Source: an uncultured Lachnoclostridium sp.
GTDB taxonomy: Bacteria > Bacillota > Clostridia > Lachnospirales > Lachnospiraceae
DNA length: 33,755 nucleotides
Assembly (NCBI GenBank): GCA_958425285.1
Contig: CATZVV010000001.1
Location: 1 to 33,755 of the forward strand
Direction: 5' to 3'
In this document: one piece after another, positions 17,313-25,214 of the stretch
Position numbering within the stretch: the stretch's first letter is position 1
How the letters are laid out: the number at the start of each line of letters is the position of its first letter
Program-made: the position numbers and the translations under genes
Notes under the pieces: model-generated
The model's input: the letters and a program-made list of their open reading frames with translations, nothing else
Database searches by the model: none
Told to the model about the DNA's origin: nothing

Positions 17313-17936
17313 ATGAAGCGAATAAAAATGATAGCAGGTATTATTTTGGTGATGGGAGCTGTTTTGGTCTTTACATATACAAGAGGGGATGCTGTTTCTC
17401 TTCAAGAGGGTATTGCCAGTCAGGTAATACGTTTGCATGTAGTAGCAAACAGTGATGTGGAGACAGACCAGACACTAAAACTTACTGTAAAAGATGCTGT
17501 TGTAACAAAGCTGAGGAGTAAACTTAAAAATGCAGAGAACCATGAGCAGGCAAGAAAAATTATTGAGGAAAATCTAGGTGAAATTGAGCAGGAAGCAAGA
17601 CATGTTATGAAAGAACAGGGTTATGATTATACTGCTAAAGCAATACTTGGAGATGCCGTTTTCCCTGTAAAGCAATACGGAGATTTGACATTTCCGGCAG
17701 GAGAGTATGAAGCACTGAGGATTAATATTGGTAAAGCTGAGGGGAAAAACTGGTGGTGTGTTATGTACCCTACGCTCTGTTTTGTAGATAGTACGTATCA
17801 GGTTGTGCCAGAAGAATCAAAAGAGGTTTTGAAAAATGAATTGACGCAGAATGAATATGAGATGCTTGTTCAGGGAGGTGAGAAGGTAAGCTATAGTTTT
17901 AAGTTTCTGGATTGGCTTGAAAAAATAGTAGGATAG
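17313..17936 (+). CDS. spoIIR: Stage II sporulation protein R
   Basis: Supporting motifs are IRLHVVANSD...QTLKLTVKDAV and NWWCVMYPTLCF, with an N-terminal TM/signal segment. ATG at 17313 follows GGAGG. Confidence 0.85.
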   Translation: MKRIKMIAGIILVMGAVLVFTYTRGDAVSLQEGIASQVIRLHVVANSDVETDQTLKLTVKDAVVTKLRSKLKNAENHEQARKIIEENLGEIEQEARHVMKEQGYDYTAKAILGDAVFPVKQYGDLTFPAGEYEALRINIGKAEGKNWWCVMYPTLCFVDSTYQVVPEESKEVLKNELTQNEYEMLVQGGEKVSYSFKFLDWLEKIVG

Positions 17937-17985
17937 GAGTACAATAAAGCTAACTTTGTGAAACGATTATGGAATGGAGGAAGAC

Positions 17986-19056
17986 ATGAAAAAGCAGATT
18001 GCAGTACTGTTTGGCGGACAGTCATCAGAGCATGAGGTTTCCTGTAAGTCAGCAGTAACAATTATGAATGGGTTGGATAAAGAGAAGTATGATTTACATA
18101 GAATTGGAATTACAAAGGAAGGAAAATGGATTTTAGCAGAATCTGAGGCGAAGATTGAAGATGGAAGCTGGGTGAATGGAAGTACCACTGCTATTGTTTC
18201 CCCAGATGCTTCACAACATGGGATTCTTCTTTTGAAAGATGGCAAATGTACACTGCAAAGAATAGATGTGATTTTCCCTGTTTTACATGGGTTGTATGGG
18301 GAGGATGGAACTGTTCAGGGAATTTTTGAACTTTCAGGAATCCCATATGTTGGATGCGGTGTTTTATCATCTGCTGTTAGTATGGATAAGTTGTCTACAA
18401 AGTTATTTGCCGATCATATCGGGGTTTGCCAGGCTGCTTATGTGGCAGATACGGCATACGATTTATCGGAAATTGAAGAAACGGTCCAGCGCGTGGAAGA
18501 GCAGCTGGGCTATCCCGTTTTTGTAAAGCCTTCTAATGCCGGTTCTTCACAGGGAGTTTCAAAGGCAGAAAACCGCAGGGAATTAATTCAAGCAGTTGAA
18601 CTTGCCAAAAAACATGATAATAGAGTTTTGATTGAAGAAATGATTGTTGGAAGGGAAGTAGAATGTGCTGTTTTGGGCGGAAATCGTCCAAAGGCTTCCT
18701 GTATTGGTGAAGTTCTGGCGGCAGCAGAATTTTATGATTATGATGCAAAGTATAATAATTCAGCGTCAAAGACGGTAGTAGATCCAGATTTGCCGGATGA
18801 TGTAAAAGATGAAATCCGTGAAAAGGCAGTAAATATTTTTCGTTGTGTAGATGGATTTAGCTTGTCCCGTGTAGACTTTTTTGTAGAAAAGGGAACAAAT
18901 CGTGTTATATTTAATGAAATTAATACACTGCCGGGATTTACAAGTATTAGTATGTATCCGATGCTTTGGCATGCGATGGGACTGGAACTTAGCGTACTTT
19001 TAGATAAAATAGTCGAAACGGCAGGTGAAAGATATGGGGCAGAATGTTGCAGTTAG
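17986..19056 (+). CDS. ddl: D-alanine--D-alanine ligase
   Basis: Supporting motifs are MKKQIAVLFGGQSSEHEVS, FPVLHGLYGEDGTVQG, VFVKPSNAGSSQG, EFYDYDAKY and NEINTLPGFTSISMYP. Confidence 0.9.
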   Translation: MKKQIAVLFGGQSSEHEVSCKSAVTIMNGLDKEKYDLHRIGITKEGKWILAESEAKIEDGSWVNGSTTAIVSPDASQHGILLLKDGKCTLQRIDVIFPVLHGLYGEDGTVQGIFELSGIPYVGCGVLSSAVSMDKLSTKLFADHIGVCQAAYVADTAYDLSEIEETVQRVEEQLGYPVFVKPSNAGSSQGVSKAENRRELIQAVELAKKHDNRVLIEEMIVGREVECAVLGGNRPKASCIGEVLAAAEFYDYDAKYNNSASKTVVDPDLPDDVKDEIREKAVNIFRCVDGFSLSRVDFFVEKGTNRVIFNEINTLPGFTSISMYPMLWHAMGLELSVLLDKIVETAGERYGAECCS

Positions 19057-19480
19057 TTTAAAGGGAGTTCAGTTTCATGAGGAGGCTACAGAACCGGTAG
19101 AGGTAATTTCTTTTGGAGAGCGCTTTGAAAGGAACGGAAAAAAATATGTTGTTTATGAAGAAGTGATTGAAGATGAACCAGGCGGTATGAAAGAGTTGGT
19201 AAAAAATACAATTAAAATTGGAGATGGTGAGGTTGATATTATAAAGCGGGGAGCCCGGGGAACACATCTTTGCTTCCGGGAGGGACAACGGAATATAACC
19301 TGTTATACCACTCCATTTGGTGAACTTACAATTGGAATATCTACGTCCATGGTAGATATTGTAGAGACGGAGGGAAAAACACAGATTAATATTCGTTATG
19401 ACCTTGAGATTAACCATGCATTTGTGTCAGAATGTATGGTGGATTTGTGTATTACGGACAAGGAGTATTTGGTATCGTAG
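19034..19480 (+). CDS. DUF1934 (YwiB-like beta-barrel) domain protein
   Basis: About 148 aa. The sequence pattern (…YVVYEEVIEDEPGGMKELVKNTIKI…TTPFGELTIGISTSMVDI…) is typical of DUF1934. The start overlaps the end of ddl. Confidence 0.7.
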   Translation: MGQNVAVSLKGVQFHEEATEPVEVISFGERFERNGKKYVVYEEVIEDEPGGMKELVKNTIKIGDGEVDIIKRGARGTHLCFREGQRNITCYTTPFGELTIGISTSMVDIVETEGKTQINIRYDLEINHAFVSECMVDLCITDKEYLVS

Positions 19481-19498
19481 AAAAGGAGGAGGAATTGC

Positions 19499-20344
19499 AT
19501 GAAACTGAATTTTACAAAAATGCATGGCACCGGGAATGATTATGTATATGTAAATTTGTTTGAGGAAACGATTGACAATCCAAAACGTATTTCACAAATT
19601 GTCAGCGACAGGCATTTTGGAATTGGTTCGGATGGATTGATTCTGATTGCGCCTTCTAAGGTAGCTGATTGCCGTATGATTATGTATAATGCCGATGGTT
19701 CGGAAGGAGCCATGTGCGGAAACGGTATTCGCTGTGTGGCGAAATACGTATATGACAATGATATTGTTAAAAAGGATATTGTTTTGGTCGAAACGAAAAG
19801 TGGAATTAAAAAGATTGATTTAACGGTGGAAAATGGAAAGGCGACTTACGCTGCTGTAGACATGGGAAAGGCAATATTGGCACCATGTGATATTCCGGTA
19901 GATGCAGAGGGAAGCACGTTCATTAACCAAAAGATTCTGGTAGAGGGTGTTGAATATGCAGTTACTTGTGTCTCGATGGGAAATCCCCATTGTGTTATAT
20001 TTACAGATAAAATTGATGAATTGAAGTTAGAGCAGATTGGTCCCTCTTTTGAGAATCATCCTATGTTTCCAGATCGGATAAATACTGAGTTTGTAGAGGT
20101 GTTGGATAAAACCAATCTGAAGATGCGTGTCTGGGAACGTGGTTCAGGAGAAACAATTTCTTGTGGAACGGGAACCTGTGCGGCTACAGTAGCGGCCGTT
20201 CTGAATGGGTATTGTGAAAAAAATCATGAAATTGCCGTGCATATCCGAGGAGGAATTTTGTACGATAAGTATATGGAGGATGGTACGGTCATCATGAAAG
20301 GGCCTGCAACAACTGTATTCGAGGGAAGAATAGAGGTGCAATAA
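19499..20344 (+). CDS. dapF: Diaminopimelate epimerase
   Basis: FTKMHGTGNDYVYV is present, along with both catalytic Cys motifs (MCGNGIRC and ISCGTGTCA) and MGNPHCVIF. Confidence 0.9.
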   Translation: MKLNFTKMHGTGNDYVYVNLFEETIDNPKRISQIVSDRHFGIGSDGLILIAPSKVADCRMIMYNADGSEGAMCGNGIRCVAKYVYDNDIVKKDIVLVETKSGIKKIDLTVENGKATYAAVDMGKAILAPCDIPVDAEGSTFINQKILVEGVEYAVTCVSMGNPHCVIFTDKIDELKLEQIGPSFENHPMFPDRINTEFVEVLDKTNLKMRVWERGSGETISCGTGTCAATVAAVLNGYCEKNHEIAVHIRGGILYDKYMEDGTVIMKGPATTVFEGRIEVQ

Positions 20345-20370
20345 ATTAATTTACTGAAAGGAGAAGGGTG

Positions 20371-20399
20371 TTGCAATTTGCAACAAATTTCTTTATAAT
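20371..20399 (+). promoter_or_regulatory. Sigma-A promoter candidate for the HD-GYP gene
   Basis: TTGCAA (20371-20376), a 17-nt spacer, then TATAAT (20394-20399). The -35 lies within the palindrome GTTGCAA-T-TTGCAAC (20370-20384). Confidence 0.5.
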
Positions 20400-20492
20400 G
20401 TACTATAGTTAGACACATTTTTCACGGCATTAGTAAGTTGATATATGTTGTAGAAAGGGGAAAGTGCATTTTGGAAAAGCACATGGCGGCAA

Positions 20493-21518
20493 ATGCGTTA
20501 TATTAATATCGATGATGCCAAACCAGGAATGATGGTAGGAAAACCTGTCTATAATGAGAGCGGGGCAGTACTGGTCAATTATAGGGTGAAACTGACAGAG
20601 AGCCTTATTGAGCGAATGAAAGACAAAGGTCTTCCGGGACTTTATATTGAGGATGCACTTTCAGCTGATATTATAGTTGAGGATTTAATTAGTGATGAGC
20701 TTCAGATTAAAGCATCTGTAGCGTTAAAGCATTTGGATATTGATGCGGCTCTTGATGTAGCGGATAAGATTACAAAAGAGTTGAGCGAGAACGGAGAGAT
20801 TAGTTTAAATCTTATTAGCTTGCGAACAAGTTCCGATTATACATATAAGCATTCTATTAATGTGGCAGTTCTTTCCGTAATTACGGGAATGGGAATTGGT
20901 TTAAAGAGGAGTATGCTTAAGGAATTATCTGCAGCCGGTCTTCTACACGACATTGGGAAGGTAAATATTCCTCCACAAATTTTGGATAAAGAGGGTCCTC
21001 TATCTGAAGAAGAGTTTGAAATTGTAAAAAAGCATTCTGAATATGGTTATGAGAAAATTAAAGACAATGTTTTGATTACCTCTAAGATAAAGATGGGGGT
21101 TTATTCGCATCATGAAAACATGAATGGGACCGGATACCCATTAGGACTTACCGGAAATCAAATTTATTTATTTGCAAAAATTATTCATATTGCAGATGTA
21201 TACGATGCCTTAATTAGTGAGAGGACTTATAAGCATGCACACTCTCCAGCGGAAGCAATTAGTTTTTTGAAAAAGAATTCCGGTTCCATGTTTGAACCGG
21301 AATATATAGATGCTTTTTTAAGATATATTCCGATTTATCCGAAAGGAAGAAGTGTACGTCTTGAGACGGGAGAAGAGGCACTTGTCATTGAGAATAAGCA
21401 AAGGCATACAATGCGACCGGTTATAAGACTCATGAATGGAAAGGATATTGACCTTTCTGTGCCGGAATACTCAGAAGTAAAAATAATAGGTTTTGCAGAT
21501 ACAAAAAAAGTACGATGA
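20493..21518 (+). CDS. HD-GYP domain protein (putative c-di-GMP phosphodiesterase)
   Basis: Supporting motifs are HSINVAVLS, AGLLHDIGK, HHENMNGTGYP and IADVYDALISERTYK. Confidence 0.85.
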   Translation: MRYINIDDAKPGMMVGKPVYNESGAVLVNYRVKLTESLIERMKDKGLPGLYIEDALSADIIVEDLISDELQIKASVALKHLDIDAALDVADKITKELSENGEISLNLISLRTSSDYTYKHSINVAVLSVITGMGIGLKRSMLKELSAAGLLHDIGKVNIPPQILDKEGPLSEEEFEIVKKHSEYGYEKIKDNVLITSKIKMGVYSHHENMNGTGYPLGLTGNQIYLFAKIIHIADVYDALISERTYKHAHSPAEAISFLKKNSGSMFEPEYIDAFLRYIPIYPKGRSVRLETGEEALVIENKQRHTMRPVIRLMNGKDIDLSVPEYSEVKIIGFADTKKVR

Positions 21519-21555
21519 ATAAACGAGAGAATCGTTTTCGGCATCGTACTTTTTA
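21503..21555. terminator. Bidirectional terminator between convergent genes
   Basis: Stem GTACGATG/CATCGTAC (21510-21517 / 21542-21549) with a nested AAACGA/TCGTTT helix. It is flanked by A7 (21503-21509) and T5 (21550-21554). Confidence 0.65.
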
Positions 21556-21586
21556 TAAGCTGGGGAGTTGTCAGCTGCAAAATTTT

Positions 21587-22075
21587 CTACTGACCACTCT
21601 TGCTTAGTGCTTTCATTCGCATGCGTTGGAAAAAGCCCAGTTTCTCCTGTGGGGTTTCCAATACATTTCTTCCCTTTACATCCATAATGTAAATACCACT
21701 TAAAACGGCTTTTACTTCTTTTTTGACTGGCAAGACAGGAAAAATCTTTTCATCACACATCAATGTCATAACTTTAGGTCCAATCTTAGCCTTTACAACA
21801 GGAACCTTTGAACCACGTAAATATTTTGGTGTAGAGTCTAAAACAATTTTGGGGAATCCTGCCTCTTTTAGTTTCATCCTCTTTTTATCAATAATAAGCA
21901 CTGACATTGTTTGTGCTGCCGCTTCCATCTGTCCTTGGGAAGCCTCTTGCTTTTTCTGCATTTTTCTTCCGACAATCGAAAGTACGATTAATAAGATGAG
22001 TAATACGCCTAATATAATTCCGAGAACGGTAAAGAGCGTACCCCATGGAAACATTGTTACTGGTACATATGACAT
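21587..22075 (-). CDS. Hypothetical membrane-anchored protein (single N-terminal TM)
   Basis: MSYVPVTMFPWGTLFTVLGIILGVLLILLIVLSIV is followed by a soluble domain of about 120 aa. ATG at 22075 follows AAGGAGGAA. No family recognised. Confidence 0.6.
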   Translation of the reverse strand: MSYVPVTMFPWGTLFTVLGIILGVLLILLIVLSIVGRKMQKKQEASQGQMEAAAQTMSVLIIDKKRMKLKEAGFPKIVLDSTPKYLRGSKVPVVKAKIGPKVMTLMCDEKIFPVLPVKKEVKAVLSGIYIMDVKGRNVLETPQEKLGFFQRMRMKALSKSGQ

Positions 22076-22175
22076 AATCTTTTGTTCCTCCTTCAATATA
22101 CTTCAAATCTAATTCAGTCATTTTCCCCATCAGACATTTTATCATGAATATCTGGAAAAAGAAACCGTTAAATTT

Positions 22176-22910
22176 TTATTTTGTCAATAAAGCGCTGTTA
22201 TTTTCATACATTTGAGCAACTTCTCTTTGTACAATAGCACCTAGATGTTTTCTGTCTTCTTTGTCCAATGTTTCCGGATATATTGGTTTTCCAAACTCAA
22301 TTAAAATATTTCCCTTTCGAATCCAGGGGAGCGAGTTCTCAAACATTGTTTCTGTATTTAGGATACAAACTGGAATAACCGGACATTTTGTTTTGTGTGC
22401 AATTCGGAGACTACCCTCTTTAAATGGAAGTAATGTATCAGTTGGATTGCGGGTGCCTTCGGGAGCGATATAAATAGAATATCCGTCGTTTACATGTTGG
22501 ATACAAGTTTTAATTACCTGCATCTGCTGTTTCATGTCTTGTCGATCGATAAAAAGGCAATTTAAAAAATACATCCATTGTGCCACAAACGGAAATTTTT
22601 TAATTTCTTTTTTGGAAACGAAGGCAGTCTGAGTAGGAACCTCTGAGTATGCAAGCAAAATATCGTAAAAACTGCGGTGGTTGGCAGCATATAAAACAGG
22701 TGTATCCGTCGGAATGTTTTCTTTTCCGATGATTGTCTTCTTAGCACCCGAAATGAAAAGGATAAGTTTAAATACAATGCGGACAACAAGCTGTGCAATC
22801 CGTGCTGCTGCCATTTCATTAAAATATCGGATTACCAGTTCAATTGGGTCCATGGGAATGCTTAAGATAGCGATGATAACTGCTAAAAGTGCGATTAGTA
22901 TGGTTCTCAT
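22176..22910 (-). CDS. plsC: 1-acyl-sn-glycerol-3-phosphate acyltransferase
   Basis: HX4D motif (NHRSFYDI) and PEGTRN motif, with an N-terminal TM segment. Confidence 0.85.
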   Translation of the reverse strand: MRTILIALLAVIIAILSIPMDPIELVIRYFNEMAAARIAQLVVRIVFKLILFISGAKKTIIGKENIPTDTPVLYAANHRSFYDILLAYSEVPTQTAFVSKKEIKKFPFVAQWMYFLNCLFIDRQDMKQQMQVIKTCIQHVNDGYSIYIAPEGTRNPTDTLLPFKEGSLRIAHKTKCPVIPVCILNTETMFENSLPWIRKGNILIEFGKPIYPETLDKEDRKHLGAIVQREVAQMYENNSALLTK

Positions 22911-22961
22911 TTTGTTTACCTTCCTTTTCTTTGTTCACTTTTTGAGGGAACATGTAAATAT

Positions 22962-24080
22962 TTATGGATTTGCCGTTTCCGTCGGTTCGGATGTTTCAAT
23001 CGGTGGTGAAGTAGGTTCCGGTTGTTTGGTAGGAGCAATCGGCTCGGAAGTTTTTGTAGGTGCATGAGTAGCTGAAGGCACTTCCGGGGTTGAAGTTACG
23101 ATTGGCTTCGCTGTTGGCTTTGGTGTTTCTGTCTTCTTTGGCTTTTTGGTTGGCTTTGGTGTTTTCTTTGGCTTCTTTGTTGGCTTTGGAGTAGCACTTG
23201 CCTTGGGTGTTGCTGTAGGTCGGAATGTTTTGCGAGGTTTTGGTGTTTTATATTTTACATCATCTGCATCTTCTACATCGACACCACTCATACTATCGCT
23301 GTTGGATATAGCAGAACTGCATCCATAATATTCTTCTAAAGTAAGACCACTACTATATAATTTTTTTGCAAGTGCTTTTCCTACGAAGCGGATATGCCAA
23401 GGCTCATACGTATAACCGGTAATTTTATCTTTTCCTTTGGGATAACGTATAATGTATCCAAATTTGTGGGCATTTTGTGCAAGCCATTGCCCCTCTATAG
23501 TATTACCTAACTCCTGATCCAGCCGGCAGCCTACGCTTTGAGCTGAAATGTCAATTGCAAGTCCGGTCTGATGTTCACTGCTTCCTGGCTTGGCAGAAAC
23601 TGCATCTGTTGCTTCTACACCTCTTGTGGCAACATTATTGTTGTAAATCTGTTCTTGCCTTGCATAGGAACGATAACCCGAAACTCCATAGAAAGTGATG
23701 CCTTGTTTTTCAGCACGCTGAAATAGCTTTTCTAAAGCATTGGCAGCAATTTTACGTAATTTTCGTTTGTCACTTGAATAGCTAAAATCAAATTTTACAT
23801 TTGGTTCAATTAAATCTTCCGGTACATAGGTTGTAGGCAGCAGGTAAGTTCTGTTTACCAGAACAGTAATGCTGCTTGGATTGGTATCTAAAGGCATGGA
23901 TGTTTTTGAATTTGCGGTACCTGGCAAAGGAGTACCCTCCTGGTCGGTATTCTCATTATAATAATATTCATAGGGTTCATTCGATGTGCTTTGTGCAAGG
24001 GGTACAAATGATGTTTTTACAAGGAATACTGCAAAACCAACTGCAAGCAAAAGAAATCCACCGATAATATATTTTTTCAC
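22962..24080 (-). CDS. VanY-like D-alanyl-D-alanine carboxypeptidase (peptidase M15B) with a Lys/Pro/Thr-rich C-terminal tail
   Basis: An N-terminal TM anchor is followed by M15 motifs SGYRSYARQ, SEHQTGLAIDI and EPWHIRFVG. The last ~110 aa are low complexity (TPKPTKKPKKTPKPTKKPKKTETPKPTAKP...). Confidence 0.85.
   Translation of the reverse strand: MKKYIIGGFLLLAVGFAVFLVKTSFVPLAQSTSNEPYEYYYNENTDQEGTPLPGTANSKTSMPLDTNPSSITVLVNRTYLLPTTYVPEDLIEPNVKFDFSYSSDKRKLRKIAANALEKLFQRAEKQGITFYGVSGYRSYARQEQIYNNNVATRGVEATDAVSAKPGSSEHQTGLAIDISAQSVGCRLDQELGNTIEGQWLAQNAHKFGYIIRYPKGKDKITGYTYEPWHIRFVGKALAKKLYSSGLTLEEYYGCSSAISNSDSMSGVDVEDADDVKYKTPKPRKTFRPTATPKASATPKPTKKPKKTPKPTKKPKKTETPKPTAKPIVTSTPEVPSATHAPTKTSEPIAPTKQPEPTSPPIETSEPTETANP
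23135..23194 (-). repeat. Tandem 30-bp duplication inside the carboxypeptidase tail
   Basis: Plus-strand units TCTTTGGCTTTTTGGTTGGCTTTGGTGTTT (23135-23164) and TCTTTGGCTTCTTTGTTGGCTTTGGAGTAG (23165-23194), with a partial copy upstream. They encode the repeated KPTKKPKKTP. Confidence 0.7.
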
Positions 24081-24106
24081 TGGTATTTCGCCAACTTTCT
24101 GTTAAA

Positions 24107-24147
24107 TGTAAAAATCGGTGTGTACATTTAAACTGTATACACCGATT
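24107..24147 (-). terminator. Rho-independent terminator downstream of queT
   Basis: 13-bp stem AATCGGTGTGTAC/GTATACACCGATT (24113-24125 / 24135-24147, one G-U pair). On the minus strand it is followed by TTTTTAC. Confidence 0.6.
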
Positions 24148-24194
24148 CTATTATATCAAAAGAGAGGGGAAAATCATAGGAGTTAATTAAAAAA

Positions 24195-24683
24195 TCATAA
24201 TTTTGGGAAAATGTGGTGGCTGTATTTTCTTAATGCAAAATATAGAAATAGCCCAAGTATTCCACATGAAATTATTTCGCCAATAAATACAGTAATACCT
24301 AAAAAGTAGATTGGTGATTCATCGAAATAGGCAAAACGAAGTACGAATGGGATGATTAGTGTATTAAAAAAAATCGGCGGAAGAGGTGCTAAATAATATT
24401 TTTTTCTAAGGGTGTATGTACCCAATGCACCAAGCAAGGTGGCAAATGAACCAAAAATAATATCCAGATAACTAGAACCGCCAATAAGATTGCTGATGAG
24501 ACAGCCAATTGCAACACCGGGAATGGCGGCAGGTGTAAAACAGGGTAAAATAGTTAATGCTTCTGCTATTCGGCACTGAATGGCAGAAAAGCTAATTGGC
24601 TCGAAAATTAGACATAACACAACATAGAGAGCGGCAATCAATGCTCCCTGACATAAATAAATTATACTTTTTTTCTTTTTCAT
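24195..24683 (-). CDS. queT: Queuosine precursor transporter QueT
   Basis: 162-aa polytopic membrane protein with QueT-like sequence (ALIAALYVVLCLIFEPISFSAIQCRIAEALTILP). It lies directly downstream of a preQ1-I riboswitch. Confidence 0.85.
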   Translation of the reverse strand: MKKKKSIIYLCQGALIAALYVVLCLIFEPISFSAIQCRIAEALTILPCFTPAAIPGVAIGCLISNLIGGSSYLDIIFGSFATLLGALGTYTLRKKYYLAPLPPIFFNTLIIPFVLRFAYFDESPIYFLGITVFIGEIISCGILGLFLYFALRKYSHHIFPKL

Positions 24684-24690
24684 TTCAAGT

Positions 24691-24733
24691 CTCCTTTAGT
24701 TTTGTTTTACGTGAGGAAGGTCTCGAACTCACG
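24691..24733 (-). promoter_or_regulatory. preQ1-I riboswitch
   Basis: The minus strand reads CGUGAG-UUCGAGACCUUC-CUCACG-UAAAACAAAACUAAAGGAG. This has a 6-bp P1 and a loop beginning UUC.AG..ACC. The A-rich tail ends in CUAAAGGAG, which contains the queT SD. Compare the B. subtilis queC element AGAGGUUCUAGCUACACCCUCUAUAAAAAACUAAGG. Loop CCUU can pair with tail AAGG (pseudoknot P2). Confidence 0.8.
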
Positions 24734-24760
24734 ATTTCTTTTGTGACACAGAAAGCGATT

Positions 24761-25030
24761 CTACAGTAATTCTGTCTTTGGTAAAGCCTCATATGCTTCA
24801 CGGACAGCATGTGCAAGCTGATCTGCACAAGAAGTTGGACGTGGCCCGCAGTGGATATTCGAGCATTTTGCTTCGATTTCTTCTACGGTCATGCCGTCTA
24901 CTAGAATAGGAATTGCTTGAAGATTTCCATTACAGCCACCATAAAATTTTACATTTGTAATGATATTTCCATTAATATCAAGATCAATCTGTGTGCTGCA
25001 AGTACCTTTTGTTTTATATGAGTAACGCAT
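24761..25030 (-). CDS. TSCPD domain protein (TIGR03905 family)
   Basis: 89 aa with the characteristic layout: KGTCS...VKFYGGCNGNLQAI...IHCGPRPTSCADQLA. Confidence 0.8.
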   Translation of the reverse strand: MRYSYKTKGTCSTQIDLDINGNIITNVKFYGGCNGNLQAIPILVDGMTVEEIEAKCSNIHCGPRPTSCADQLAHAVREAYEALPKTELL

Positions 25031-25143
25031 AAATAGAGTTCCCCCTCGTCCTTTTGATGTGCCTTTATTCTACTCAAAAACTTTTGGTTTGTCAAACGGT
25101 ACTATTTTATGGAGGAAAGTGATAATTGTCAACTTGTAAAGGA

Positions 25144-25172
25144 AGCAATTTCGAGATATAATATGAAATGAA
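25144..25172 (+). promoter_or_regulatory. Sigma-A promoter candidate for cca
   Basis: TTGTAA (25144-25149), a 17-nt spacer, then TATAAT (25167-25172), 43 nt upstream of the cca ATG. Confidence 0.4.
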
Positions 25173-25214
25173 ATTTGTTTGATAAATTGAGGACAGGAGG
25201 GGAAACGGAGGGCA

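Noticed and set aside
21723-23067. Plus-strand ORFs 21723-22112 and 22681-23067 (about 128 aa each), antisense to the membrane protein, plsC and the carboxypeptidase
   Set aside because: Hydrophobic or low-complexity mirror frames with no RBS. The minus-strand genes carry the family motifs.
17986-24080. ddl plus a VanY-like carboxypeptidase as a possible glycopeptide-resistance cluster
   Set aside because: The two genes are 4 kb apart on opposite strands. There are no vanR/S, vanH, vanX or D-Ala-D-Lac ligase features. The ligase has ordinary Ddl motifs (EFYDYDAKY).
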